A stretch of 64,000 nucleotides of DNA, from the NCBI GenBank assembly GCA_963795645.1, contig CAWCIK010000006.1, positions 1,377,761-1,441,760 of the forward strand. The letters are read 5' to 3'. Of this stretch, positions 54,942-63,578 are shown one piece after another; the stretch's first letter is position 1; each line of letters opens with the position of its first letter. Source of the stretch: an uncultured Chloroflexia bacterium (GTDB taxonomy: Bacteria; Chloroflexota; Limnocylindria; Limnocylindrales; CSP1-4). The notes below the pieces were generated by a model. It was not told where the DNA came from and searched no databases. It saw only the letters and a program-made list of their open reading frames with translations. The position numbers and the translations under genes are program-made.

Positions 54942-56066
54942 CTATGCGCCCGAGCAGGACGACGGGACCGTCATCGGGTCGTAGTCGGTCCAGCCGGGGA
55001 TGGACAGGCTGAGCGGCCAGAGCGGATCCATTCCGGGCACGGAGATCCATGCCTGGAGGTCTTGCTTGCCCTGGTCAGTCGTGTTGTCCAGGAGCTGCGG
55101 ATCGAGCAGGATCGTGTTCGGGCGGCCCGCACCTGCGGTCTGCTCGACGGTCTGCCCTGACAGCAGCTTGTAGGCAAGGGCGACACCCGCGCCGCCGACG
55201 GAAGCGGTGTTGGTCACCGCCGCGCCCACGAGGCCCGGGTAGTTGGTCGAATCGAGAAGCTGGTTGACGAAGGCGCCGATGTCGGCGTCGGCGATCGGAA
55301 CGAACGGCTTGTTAGCCGCCTTGATCGCGTCGACGATCTGCGCGCCCATGCCCGAGGCCCAGATGCCCTGGATCTGGTCGTAACCACCGCTGGCGATCTC
55401 GTCGTTGGTGATCGAGGTGGCCGTTGCCGGATCCCAGCCGGTGAACGTGCCGCCCGGGTTCTGGACGACGATGCTGCCGCCGGCGTCGTTGACTTCCTTG
55501 AGCGCCTGCTGGAAGCCGGTGTCGCGGTCGCGGTCGGCCGGGTGGCCGGCCAGGCCGCGCGTGTACCAGACGGTGCCCGTGTTGCCCATCTGGTTGAACA
55601 GCCACTTGGCGCCAAGGTAGGCGTACTTGACCTGGTTGTTGTACAGGTTCCACGTGTTCGGGTCGGTGACGTACGCGTCGACCGATACCGTCGGGATGCC
55701 GGCGTCGTGCGCTTCCTGGAGAGCCGGGTTGAGCGCGTCGGGATCATTCGGGTTGAACACGATGGCGTTGACGTTCTGCGAGATCAGCGTGCGCAGGTCG
55801 GACAGCTGCCCGGCTGCGTCCGTGTTGCGGTGGATCACCGAGATCGGGCTCGTGATCTTGTCGGCGCCCAAGGCAGCGGCCTCGGCCTTGGCCGTGCAGA
55901 CCTGCTCCTCGCGGAAGCCGTTGCCCACGCCGCCGCCGTTCGAGTAACCGATCGTGAACGGACCGGTCGATGCCTGGGTCGGCGCCGGCGATGAGCTGCC
56001 GGTGCTACAGGCAATGGCGAGGAGAGCGACGGCTAGCGTCGCACCCGCCTTGCGGAACAGTGACAT
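54942..56066 (-). CDS. Sugar ABC transporter substrate-binding lipoprotein (periplasmic-binding-protein type I)
   Basis: Signal plus lipobox LLAIACS. FTIGYSNGG..., NAIVFNPNDPDAL, IPTVSVD. Confidence 0.8.
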   Translation of the reverse strand: MSLFRKAGATLAVALLAIACSTGSSSPAPTQASTGPFTIGYSNGGGVGNGFREEQVCTAKAEAAALGADKITSPISVIHRNTDAAGQLSDLRTLISQNVNAIVFNPNDPDALNPALQEAHDAGIPTVSVDAYVTDPNTWNLYNNQVKYAYLGAKWLFNQMGNTGTVWYTRGLAGHPADRDRDTGFQQALKEVNDAGGSIVVQNPGGTFTGWDPATATSITNDEIASGGYDQIQGIWASGMGAQIVDAIKAANKPFVPIADADIGAFVNQLLDSTNYPGLVGAAVTNTASVGGAGVALAYKLLSGQTVEQTAGAGRPNTILLDPQLLDNTTDQGKQDLQAWISVPGMDPLWPLSLSIPGWTDYDPMTVPSSCSGA

Positions 56067-56124
56067 CAGATGCGCTCCTCCTTGTCGATTGACGTTGACT
56101 GCCGAGAACTAACTAGCCTTGTCG

Positions 56125-56919
56125 TCAGCCACCTCCTCCTGTGTCGATGGCGCGGGCGATGCGCCGCGCATGTTCCTGGTACGCCCGGTCGAACAATGCG
56201 CGAGACCTTTCGTCGCCCACGATCGAGGCGCGCGTCAGGACCGGCGGCATCTGCCCTTCCTCAACAAGCAGCTCTGCCACGCGGACCTTGATCGCATTCA
56301 CGATCGCTACGGCCGCGATGGTAGAGCCTGGGCCAACTGGCGTGTCCAATCCATTGACAAAGACGAGCGCATCCGCCTCAGGCGTGCACAGGTCTATGAC
56401 GAGGTCCGCCTCGTCCAGCAGGCGGGCGCCCGCCGCCGGGTCGGGTTGCGCCGACATCGACTGCGCGACGCTCGTCACACATATGACTCTCAGCCCCCGG
56501 CGGCGGGCGCCACGGGCCATCTCGACGGGCACGGCCGTCAGGCCGCTGGCGCTGAAGACCATCATCACGTCGCGCGCGCCGAAGCGGAAGTTGGACAGGA
56601 TCACTTCCGCCAGGCCGGGCTGCCGTTCGATGTACATCGCCTGGCGCTGGCCGTTGGCGCCCACGACCTGGGTATGGAACGTCATCGAAAGCTCGACGAT
56701 CGGGTTGAAGCCGGGGAAGGAGCCGTAGCGCGGGAACATCTCCTCGACCGGGATGCGCGAATGGCCGGTGCCGAAAAGGTGGACCAGGCCATCTGCGGCG
56801 ATGGCCTCCGCGCACCATTGCGACGCCTGCTCGATCGCGTCCGACTGGGTCGTTGAGATGCGCTCCAGAAGCGCCTGGGCCTGGTCGATGTAGCTCATCG
56901 TCGCGGTCCCAGCGGCCAT
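56125..56919 (-). CDS. SIS (sugar isomerase) domain protein
   Basis: 264 aa. VHLFGTGHS, VMMVFSASGLT, VICVTS. Confidence 0.75.
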   Translation of the reverse strand: MAAGTATMSYIDQAQALLERISTTQSDAIEQASQWCAEAIAADGLVHLFGTGHSRIPVEEMFPRYGSFPGFNPIVELSMTFHTQVVGANGQRQAMYIERQPGLAEVILSNFRFGARDVMMVFSASGLTAVPVEMARGARRRGLRVICVTSVAQSMSAQPDPAAGARLLDEADLVIDLCTPEADALVFVNGLDTPVGPGSTIAAVAIVNAIKVRVAELLVEEGQMPPVLTRASIVGDERSRALFDRAYQEHARRIARAIDTGGGG

Positions 56920-57699
56920 CTAGTAGGTGCCCTGTTCCTTACGCGCCCTGAAGTCGTCGAGAATCGTCTTGGTCGCCGTCGCGCCGATGCGCGTCACGCC
57001 CAGGCACATCACGGCCAGCAACGCATCGAGCGTGCGCACCCCGCCAGCAGCCTTGACCTGGATGTGCGGCGATGTGTTGGCGCGCATCAGCATCAGGTCT
57101 TCGTGCGTGGCGCCACTGGGCGCGAAGCCGGTCGAGGTCTTGACGAAGTCGGCGCCTGCGGACTCGCTCAGGCGACAGGCACGGACCTTCTCGTCGTCGG
57201 TCAGGTACGCGTTCTCGAAGATGACCTTGACGATCGCTCCCCTGGAGTGGGAAGCGTCCACCACGGCGCGAATGTCCGCCTCTACGTCCCCGTCACGGCC
57301 GCTTTTCAGCGCCGCGATCTGGATGACCATGTCGATCTCTCGCGCTCCCTGCTCGAGCGCGCGCCCGGTCTCGAATACCTTCGTCTCGGTCAGGTGATTG
57401 CCGTGCGGGAAGCCGATGACCGTGCCCACAAGCACGTTCGTGCCACGCAATGCGGCCGTAGCGCTCACGACGTCCGCGGGGCGCATCGTGGCCGACGCCA
57501 CGTCGTACTCCGCGGCGACCTTCAGGCTGTCGGCGACGAACGCATCGTCCAGCTCAGGCCTGAGCAGCGAGTGGTCGATCGTCTTGGAGATGTCCTCGTA
57601 GGTCAGTAGATCGAAAAGCCGACGCACGTCTTCGTCGGTCGGCTCGTGCGTGAGCGGCGCGAAGCGAGCCGTCCAGCTCGGAATCGGTGATGAGATCAA
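56920..57699 (-). CDS. deoC: Deoxyribose-phosphate aldolase
   Basis: IDHSLLRP, VGTVIGFPHG, EIDMVI, KVIFE, FVKTSTGF (Schiff-base Lys), VKAAGGVRT. Confidence 0.85.
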   Translation of the reverse strand: MISSPIPSWTARFAPLTHEPTDEDVRRLFDLLTYEDISKTIDHSLLRPELDDAFVADSLKVAAEYDVASATMRPADVVSATAALRGTNVLVGTVIGFPHGNHLTETKVFETGRALEQGAREIDMVIQIAALKSGRDGDVEADIRAVVDASHSRGAIVKVIFENAYLTDDEKVRACRLSESAGADFVKTSTGFAPSGATHEDLMLMRANTSPHIQVKAAGGVRTLDALLAVMCLGVTRIGATATKTILDDFRARKEQGTY

Positions 57700-58628
57700 A
57701 GGTCTGCCGTCTCCTTCGGGATGTACGGGCGCAGGATGTTGCGGGCCAGCAGGAAGCCACGCTTGACCAGCTGGTCGGTGCCCTCGAAGCGCCGATCTTC
57801 ATGCTCGATGATGCAGTCGCCGTCGTAACCCACTCGATACAGATTTGAAAAGATCTCTGCCCAGTCCGCGTCCCCCAATCCGGGTAGGCGTGGGATCTGC
57901 CATCCGATCCCTGACGACAGCGAGCCGCGCTCGTACAAGCCATCCCGATCGATCTGCACGTCCTTGGCCTGGAAGTGGAGGATGTGCGGCCCGAACTCAC
58001 GGATGAAGCGGCCCTGGTCGATCATCAGCCAGACCAGGTGCGACGGGTCGTAGTTGAGGCCCACCGTGCCGCCCCACTGCTCGATGATCCGGCGCCAGAT
58101 GTAGGGCGACCAGGCGATGTTGTTGCCGCCCGGCCACTCGTCGAAGCTGAAGATCATCGGGCAGTTCTCGATCGTCACCTTGACGCCGTTGTCCTGGGCG
58201 TGTTTGACGATCTCGGGCCAGATCGAAAGCGCGTCCGCCCAGTTCTCGTCCAGATTCTTCTTCGAGTCGCCGCCCATGAACGTGTTCATGAACGGCACGC
58301 CCATCTTTCGGCATGCCTCGATGACGAGCTTGATGTGAGCGATCGCCGGTTCGCGCAGCGCCGGATCGGGGTGGAGCGGGTTGGGGTAGAAGCCGAGGCC
58401 GGAGATGGCCAGTCCCTTGCCTTCGATCTCGGCCCTGATCTCCTTGGCCTGGCTGTCGCCCAGGTTGGCAACGTCGATGTGGCTCGTTCCCGCATAGCGG
58501 CGCTTGGTGCCGCCGGTCTGCGGCCAGCACGCGATCTCGAGCGAGTCGAAGTCATTCGCTGCCGCCCAGTCGGCGACCTCCATCAGCGGCGTCTCGGGGA
58601 ATGGCGCGGTCAGAAAGCCGAGTCTCAC
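57696..58628 (-). CDS. Sugar phosphate isomerase/epimerase (xylose-isomerase-like TIM barrel)
   Basis: 310 aa. FDSLEI, KVTIENCP, DPSHLVW, IIEHED. GTG start overlaps the stop of the upstream remnant (GTGA). Confidence 0.8.
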   Translation of the reverse strand: MRLGFLTAPFPETPLMEVADWAAANDFDSLEIACWPQTGGTKRRYAGTSHIDVANLGDSQAKEIRAEIEGKGLAISGLGFYPNPLHPDPALREPAIAHIKLVIEACRKMGVPFMNTFMGGDSKKNLDENWADALSIWPEIVKHAQDNGVKVTIENCPMIFSFDEWPGGNNIAWSPYIWRRIIEQWGGTVGLNYDPSHLVWLMIDQGRFIREFGPHILHFQAKDVQIDRDGLYERGSLSSGIGWQIPRLPGLGDADWAEIFSNLYRVGYDGDCIIEHEDRRFEGTDQLVKRGFLLARNILRPYIPKETADL

Positions 58629-59830
58629 TTCACTACCTCCAGCACGGGCTTGGCGGTCGGCGCCGGCTCGCGCTGCACTTCAACCCAACGTTGCTCGGCG
58701 GCGCTCTGCGCGATGGCGTCGCCGACGAGCATCTCCTCATGGCCGTCGCCGAACGTCGCGTATGGCGGATCGGCACGCATCCGGCCCGCGGCCACGTCGG
58801 CATACACGGCGCGGAAAAGCGCCGCGAACGTGTCGGCGAAACCTTCGACGTGGCCGGCCGGCAGTGCCGCGGCCGCTCGGCCGGCATCGTGTCATCAGCG
58901 CAGCGTCGCGGGCGAGCGTCTCATTTGGCCGGCCGCGATGGCCCAACCACAGCGTGTCGGGCTGCTCGCGAGTCCCAAGCCGCGGCCCCGGCACTGCCGT
59001 CGATCTCGTACTGGAGCGAGTTCTTGTGGCCGGCGCTGATCTGGCTGACGGCCATCTGCCCACGCGCGCCGTTGTCGTAGCGGAGCAGGACCGTGGCCAC
59101 ATCCTCGGTCCTGATCTCGCGCTCGACCGTGTTCTCCGACGCGCTCCAGTGAGAAGCTTTCGACCGGCCCCTCCGGCATGTGCCGGAACTTGATGAAGGT
59201 GGCCATGTCGGCCATCACCGAAGTCACGCGGCGACCGGCAACGAACGACGTCAGGTCCAGCCAGTGCGATCCGATGTCGCCGATGGCGCGCAGCTTCCCG
59301 CCGACCTCAGGCTCGAGGCGCCAGTTCCAGTCGGTGTCGAACATCAGCCAATCCTGGAAGTAGCGGCCGGTGATGAGCCGGACTTCGCCCAGCGAGCCGT
59401 CCGCGACCGAAGCGCGCAGGTGCTGATTGAGCGGGTAGAAGCGGATGTTGAAGTTGACCGCCGCGACCTTGCCCGATTCACGCGCCAGCCTGACCAGCTC
59501 GCGCGATTCGGCCGAGTCCATCGCCAGCGGCTTCTCGCACACGACGTGACGGCCGGCGGCCAGGATCTGCCTGACCTGTGGGAAATGCATGTTGTTCGGT
59601 GAGGTGACGTGGACGACCTCGACGCGGTCGTCGGCAAGAAGCTCGTCGAGGCTCGCGTAGCCGCGCGGCACGCCGATCCTCGCGGCGCCTTGCGCGGCAC
59701 GGTCCGGTGATGACCCGAGCAGGCCGAGCACCTGGACGCCGATGCGTCGAAGTGCCTCGATATGGACCGTCCCGATGAAGCCGCTGCCGATCACTGCGGC
59801 ACCAATGCTGCTCACGGCTCGGTCAGGCAA
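58625..59830 (-). pseudogene. Gfo/Idh/MocA-family oxidoreductase with three frame breaks
   Basis: Intact N-terminal Rossmann part (AGGAGGAGG then TTG 59830; IGAAVIGSGFIGTVH...VVCEKPLA) in ORF 58895..59881. My translation shows the remainder distributed over all three frames:
- HWSASENTVEREIRTEDVATVLLRYDNGARGQMAVSQISAGHKNSLQYEIDGSAGAAAWDS;
- REQPDTLWLGHRGRPNETLARDAALM;
- DAGRAAAALPAGHVEGFADTFAALFRAVYADVAAGRMRADPPYATFGDGHEEML...LEVVK.
Switches lie near 59148-59156, 58965-58975 and 58885-58897. Confidence 0.75.
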
Positions 59831-59985
59831 CGGCCTCCTCCTGTCGTTCGGCGTGACTCCCGCGCTGATGTTACTTCCCAAACGCCCCGACAGAAAGCGG
59901 TTTCTATCGATTCTCTCGATAATCGATTACTTTCCAGGAGGAGAGCCCGGACTGGCTTCGAGCGCGGCCCTTCTCTCGCTGCCGG

Positions 59986-60112
59986 TGAGTCGCTTTCAAG
60001 TGATCGCCCGCTGGGGCCCGTCCGCATCCCACGTCGCGGACCGCGGCCAATTTGTCGGCCGCCGGCAAGCCAGAATCTCGCCGGCAAGCCAGAATCTCTT
60101 GAAAGCGACTCA
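59986..60112. repeat. 127-bp element bounded by 15-bp perfect inverted repeats TGAGTCGCTTTCAAG / CTTGAAAGCGACTCA (MITE-like or long-hairpin element), copy 1
   Basis: Arms at 59986-60000 and 60098-60112. Internal hairpin GTCCGC-N10-GCGGAC. Contains a perfect 19-bp tandem duplication (60061-60079 and 60080-60098). Related copy at 62055-62160. Confidence 0.65.
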
Positions 60113-60140
60113 AGAACGGGGACAACCGTCGCGCTGCCGG

Positions 60141-61356
60141 TCAGCCTTCCGGGCCGGCGACGACGCGATCGACGTAATCGCCGCTCACGGGGTCCTTGAG
60201 GATGAGCTTGTGGCGGCCGTCGGGCAGGGTCTCGCGCTTGATCACGACCATGCCGTCGTGCATCTCCGGCTCGCGTCCCGCTCCAATGCGCGGGGTCGCC
60301 CCGCCGCGCCACTCGGCGAGCTGGACGGACTCCCAGGAGCGTGACTTCGCGGAGCGGAACGCAGCGTCCATGACCGCGTTGACGACGTACCCGTCGTAGA
60401 ACGTCTCACGCGGCGCCGTGCCCGTCTCGATGGCCCGGAACATGTCCGTGAACATGTCCGTGTAACCCAGCTCGACGACCTCATCGCCGACGGGGAACAT
60501 CCAGCCGCGGTCGGCCTCGCTCTTCTCGGAAACGTAGCCGCCCGATCCACCGGCGCTGAACATCTCGAAGCCGGTGCGCATGAAGTTGTTGACCCAGATC
60601 GTTCCGTCGGTGCCGGCCACCTCGTCGCGCAGGTCCATGCCGCCGCGGAACGTCCACGACACCTCGAACTGGCCGAGTGCGCCGCTCTCGAAGCGGATCA
60701 GGGCGACAGCGTTGTCCTCATCGCCGATGGGATGAACGAGGGTGTCGGCGTGGCACAGCACCTCGAGCGGGCGATTGCCCTTGCCGACGTAGCTGCGAAT
60801 GATCTCGATGCAGTGGCAGCCCAGGTCGACGATGGCTCCGCCGCCTGTCAGTCGGCCGTCCCAGAACCAGGCCGAATGCGGGCCGGGGTGAGCCTCACGC
60901 GAGCGAACCCACGTGACCTCGCCGATCGTCCCCGCCTGCACCGCGCGGATCGCCTTGCTCGTCTTGGGCGTGTAGCACAGGTCCTCGAGGTAGCCGGCGA
61001 AGATGCCGGCCCGCTCGACTGTCTCGAGCATCCGCCGCGCCTCTTCCGCGTTGCGACCCAGCGGCTTCGTGCACAGCACCGCCTTGCCGGCCCGTGCGGC
61101 GAGCTCGAGGGCCTCCTCGTGCAGGAAGTTCGGGACTCCGATGACGACTACGTCGACGTCGGGATGCTCGATCGCGGCATTCATGTCGGTCGTCGAATTC
61201 GGCGATGTCCCAGCGTTCCCTGAACGCTCTGCCGCGCTCGTCGCTGCGCGAGTAGACGACGCGCACCTGGTCGCGCGAGCGCTGCGCGTGAAGCGCCATC
61301 GAGTAGAAGTCGCCGATCAGCCCGGTCCCGAGCATGGCGATCTGGTGCTGCTGCAT
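60141..61356 (-). pseudogene. Gfo/Idh/MocA-family oxidoreductase with one frame break
   Basis: The N-terminus [23 protein letters not shown]...RAFRERWDI is in ORF 60895..61356. The remainder ..[29 protein letters not shown]...CTKPL... is in ORF 60141..61184. The switch lies at about 61198-61206 (gacatcGccgaattcg; removing one nt restores [18 protein letters not shown]). Confidence 0.75.
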
Positions 61357-61402
61357 CGAAGCCTCCTGGTAGCCGCCGTCGCAATGATTCTAGGATTGAC
61401 CG

Positions 61403-62035
61403 ATGAAGCGAACCATCACCGTTCCCGGACAGGGCACGATAGTCGTCGAACCCGATGTCGCGAGCGTCCGACTTGGCGTGAACGTGCTCGCCGACACAGC
61501 CGGCGCGGCGCGCGAGGATGCCGCAAAAACGATGAAGGCCGTTCTGGATGCGGTGGAGCGCCAGGGTGTCGCGCGCCGCGACGTGCGGACAACGCTCGTG
61601 TCACTCAACCCGATGATGGACTACGGCACGGGCAATAAGCCGCGCATCACCGGCTACCAGGTCCAGAACAGCGTTGCGGTCACGGTGCGCAACCTGGCCA
61701 AGACGGGCGAGCTGATCGACGCTGCGCTGGGCGCCGGTGCGTCGACCCTCGATTCGCTGGACTTCCGACTCGACGACCCGACGCAGGCGGCCGAGGAGGC
61801 GCGGACTGCGGCCATGACCGACGCTCGGGCGCGGGCGACGACGATCGCTCGCGCGGCCGGGGCGAAGGTCGGACAAGTGGTCTACGTCGTCGAAGGCCAG
61901 CCGATGAGCCCGCCGATGCCCTTTCCGGCGGCGCGGATGGCGATGAAGGCCGACTCCGCCCCCACTCCCGTGGAGTCGGGCACTCAGGACATCACCGTCG
62001 CTTTGTCGGTCACCTTCGAGATAAGCGCCAAGTAG
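61403..62035 (+). CDS. SIMPL-domain (DUF541, BP26-like) protein
   Basis: 210 aa. I.V.G.G...V.PD.A...LGV, GYQVQNSVAVTVRNL, ITVALSVTFEI, as in the typical SIMPL pattern. Confidence 0.75.
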   Translation: MKRTITVPGQGTIVVEPDVASVRLGVNVLADTAGAAREDAAKTMKAVLDAVERQGVARRDVRTTLVSLNPMMDYGTGNKPRITGYQVQNSVAVTVRNLAKTGELIDAALGAGASTLDSLDFRLDDPTQAAEEARTAAMTDARARATTIARAAGAKVGQVVYVVEGQPMSPPMPFPAARMAMKADSAPTPVESGTQDITVALSVTFEISAK

Positions 62036-62054
62036 ACCAGCCACGCACACCGTT

Positions 62055-62160
62055 GCGTGAGTCGCGTTCAGATCATCACGGCCCGCCCGACGCCTGGCGA
62101 GCCGCTCAATTCACCGATGAGATGCGCTCGCCTCATTGATGACTTGAAAGCGACTCACGC
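62055..62160. repeat. 106-bp element bounded by 24-bp imperfect inverted repeats (GCGTGAGTCGCGTTCAGATCATCA / TGATGACTTGAAAGCGACTCACGC), copy 2 of the MITE-like element
   Basis: Arms at 62055-62078 and 62137-62160 match in 21 of 24 positions. The right arm shares the exact 15-mer CTTGAAAGCGACTCA with 60098-60112. Confidence 0.65.
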
Positions 62161-62270
62161 CCGGTGTCTCGACCGCGGGACGCTGCGCGATACTGCCGAC
62201 AGTTGCCACCACTCCGCCTGCCTCACCAACGATTCGCCTGTACCGTGACCGAGGAGAGGAGACTATTTCG

Positions 62271-63578
62271 ATGACTGAACCATCCCTGGACCTGAGCGCC
62301 ACTGCACCGGTCGAGGCGCCGGCGCCGGCGGCGACCGAGCCAACACCAAGGTCAGCGACTGAGACGCAGACCGGAACACTGACCCTCGAGCCGCCGGCGC
62401 CGGTAACGGCCGTGCCCGAGGCCAAGGCCGAGGAAGCCGTCAAGCTCGACCCGGCCCAGGCGACCAAGCTCGACAACATGGTCACGTCGTATCTCGACGC
62501 GGTCACGTCGATGGACACGCACGACCCCAAGTTCACGAGCCGCGTCAACGACATCGTCAAGCTCGGCGACGACGACATCCGCGCCAGCGCCAATGTGTCG
62601 AACCGGTTGCTCGACAAGCCGATGAGCGCCATGAACGAGAGCGGCTTCAGCCAGGCGGGCAACGTCAGCAAGTCGCTCCTCGCGCTGCGCAAGCAGGTCG
62701 AGGAGCTCGATCCGCAGCGCCAGGGCGGCAGCCTCCTGTCGCGGCGCCGGCTACTTGGCGTGATACCGATGGGTGACCGGCTCGTCGACTACTTCCGCAA
62801 GTACCAGTCCAGCCAGAGCCACATCAACGCGATCATCGTCAGCCTGTATGACGGCCAGGACGAGCTGCGCCGCGACAACGCCGACATCGAGCAGGAAAAG
62901 AGCAACCTGTGGACGATCATGGGTCGTCTGCGCCAGTACGCCTACCTGGCCGAGCAGCTCGACTCCGGTCTCACGGCGCGCATCGCCCAGATCGACGCGA
63001 CCGATCCCGACCGGGCCAAGATCCTCAAGGACGACCTGCTCTTCCCGGTGCGCCAGAAGCGCCAGGACCTGCTCACGCAGCTCGCCGTCAGCGTCCAGGG
63101 CTATCTCGCGCTCGACCTCATCAGGCGCAACAACGTGGAGTTGGTCAAGGGCGTCGACCGGGCCACCACGACCACGATCAGCGCGTTGCGCACGGCGGTC
63201 ATCGTCGCCCAGGCACTCGCGGATCAGAAGCTCGTCCTCGACCAGATCACCGCCCTCAACCAGACGACCGGCGAGCTGATCGAGTCGACGTCAGAGATGC
63301 TCCACCAGCAGTCGGGCAAGATCAGCGAGCAGGCCGCATCGGCGACGATCGACCTGGCCAAGCTGCAGAAGGCGTTCCAGAACATCTACATGACCATGGA
63401 CGAGATCGACTCGTTCAAGATCAAGGCACTCGACAACCTGGAAACGACGATCAACTCGCTCGAGACGGAGCTCGACAAGTCGCGCTCGTATGTAAATCGG
63501 TCGCGCGCGCTCGCGGCCAGCGAAGCGCAGGATGACGGCCAGGGCAATCGATCGGGAACCAGCGCCAGCGGCTCCTGA
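62271..63578 (+). CDS. telA: TelA-family (toxic anion resistance-like) protein
   Basis: 435 aa, GAGGAGAGGAG upstream. Helical and coiled-coil rich. YFRKYQSSQSHINAIIVSLYDGQDELRRDNADIEQEK and VKGVDRATTTTISALRTAVIVAQAL match my recollection of TelA/YceH. Confidence 0.75.
   Translation: MTEPSLDLSATAPVEAPAPAATEPTPRSATETQTGTLTLEPPAPVTAVPEAKAEEAVKLDPAQATKLDNMVTSYLDAVTSMDTHDPKFTSRVNDIVKLGDDDIRASANVSNRLLDKPMSAMNESGFSQAGNVSKSLLALRKQVEELDPQRQGGSLLSRRRLLGVIPMGDRLVDYFRKYQSSQSHINAIIVSLYDGQDELRRDNADIEQEKSNLWTIMGRLRQYAYLAEQLDSGLTARIAQIDATDPDRAKILKDDLLFPVRQKRQDLLTQLAVSVQGYLALDLIRRNNVELVKGVDRATTTTISALRTAVIVAQALADQKLVLDQITALNQTTGELIESTSEMLHQQSGKISEQAASATIDLAKLQKAFQNIYMTMDEIDSFKIKALDNLETTINSLETELDKSRSYVNRSRALAASEAQDDGQGNRSGTSASGS

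Noticed and set aside
62042-62059. Hairpin CACGCA-CACCGT-TGCGTG after the SIMPL gene as an intrinsic terminator.
   Set aside because: It has only a 6-bp stem and no U-tract, and its 3' arm overlaps the left arm of MITE-like copy 2 by 5 nt (62055-62059). Terminator function is plausible but unsupported.
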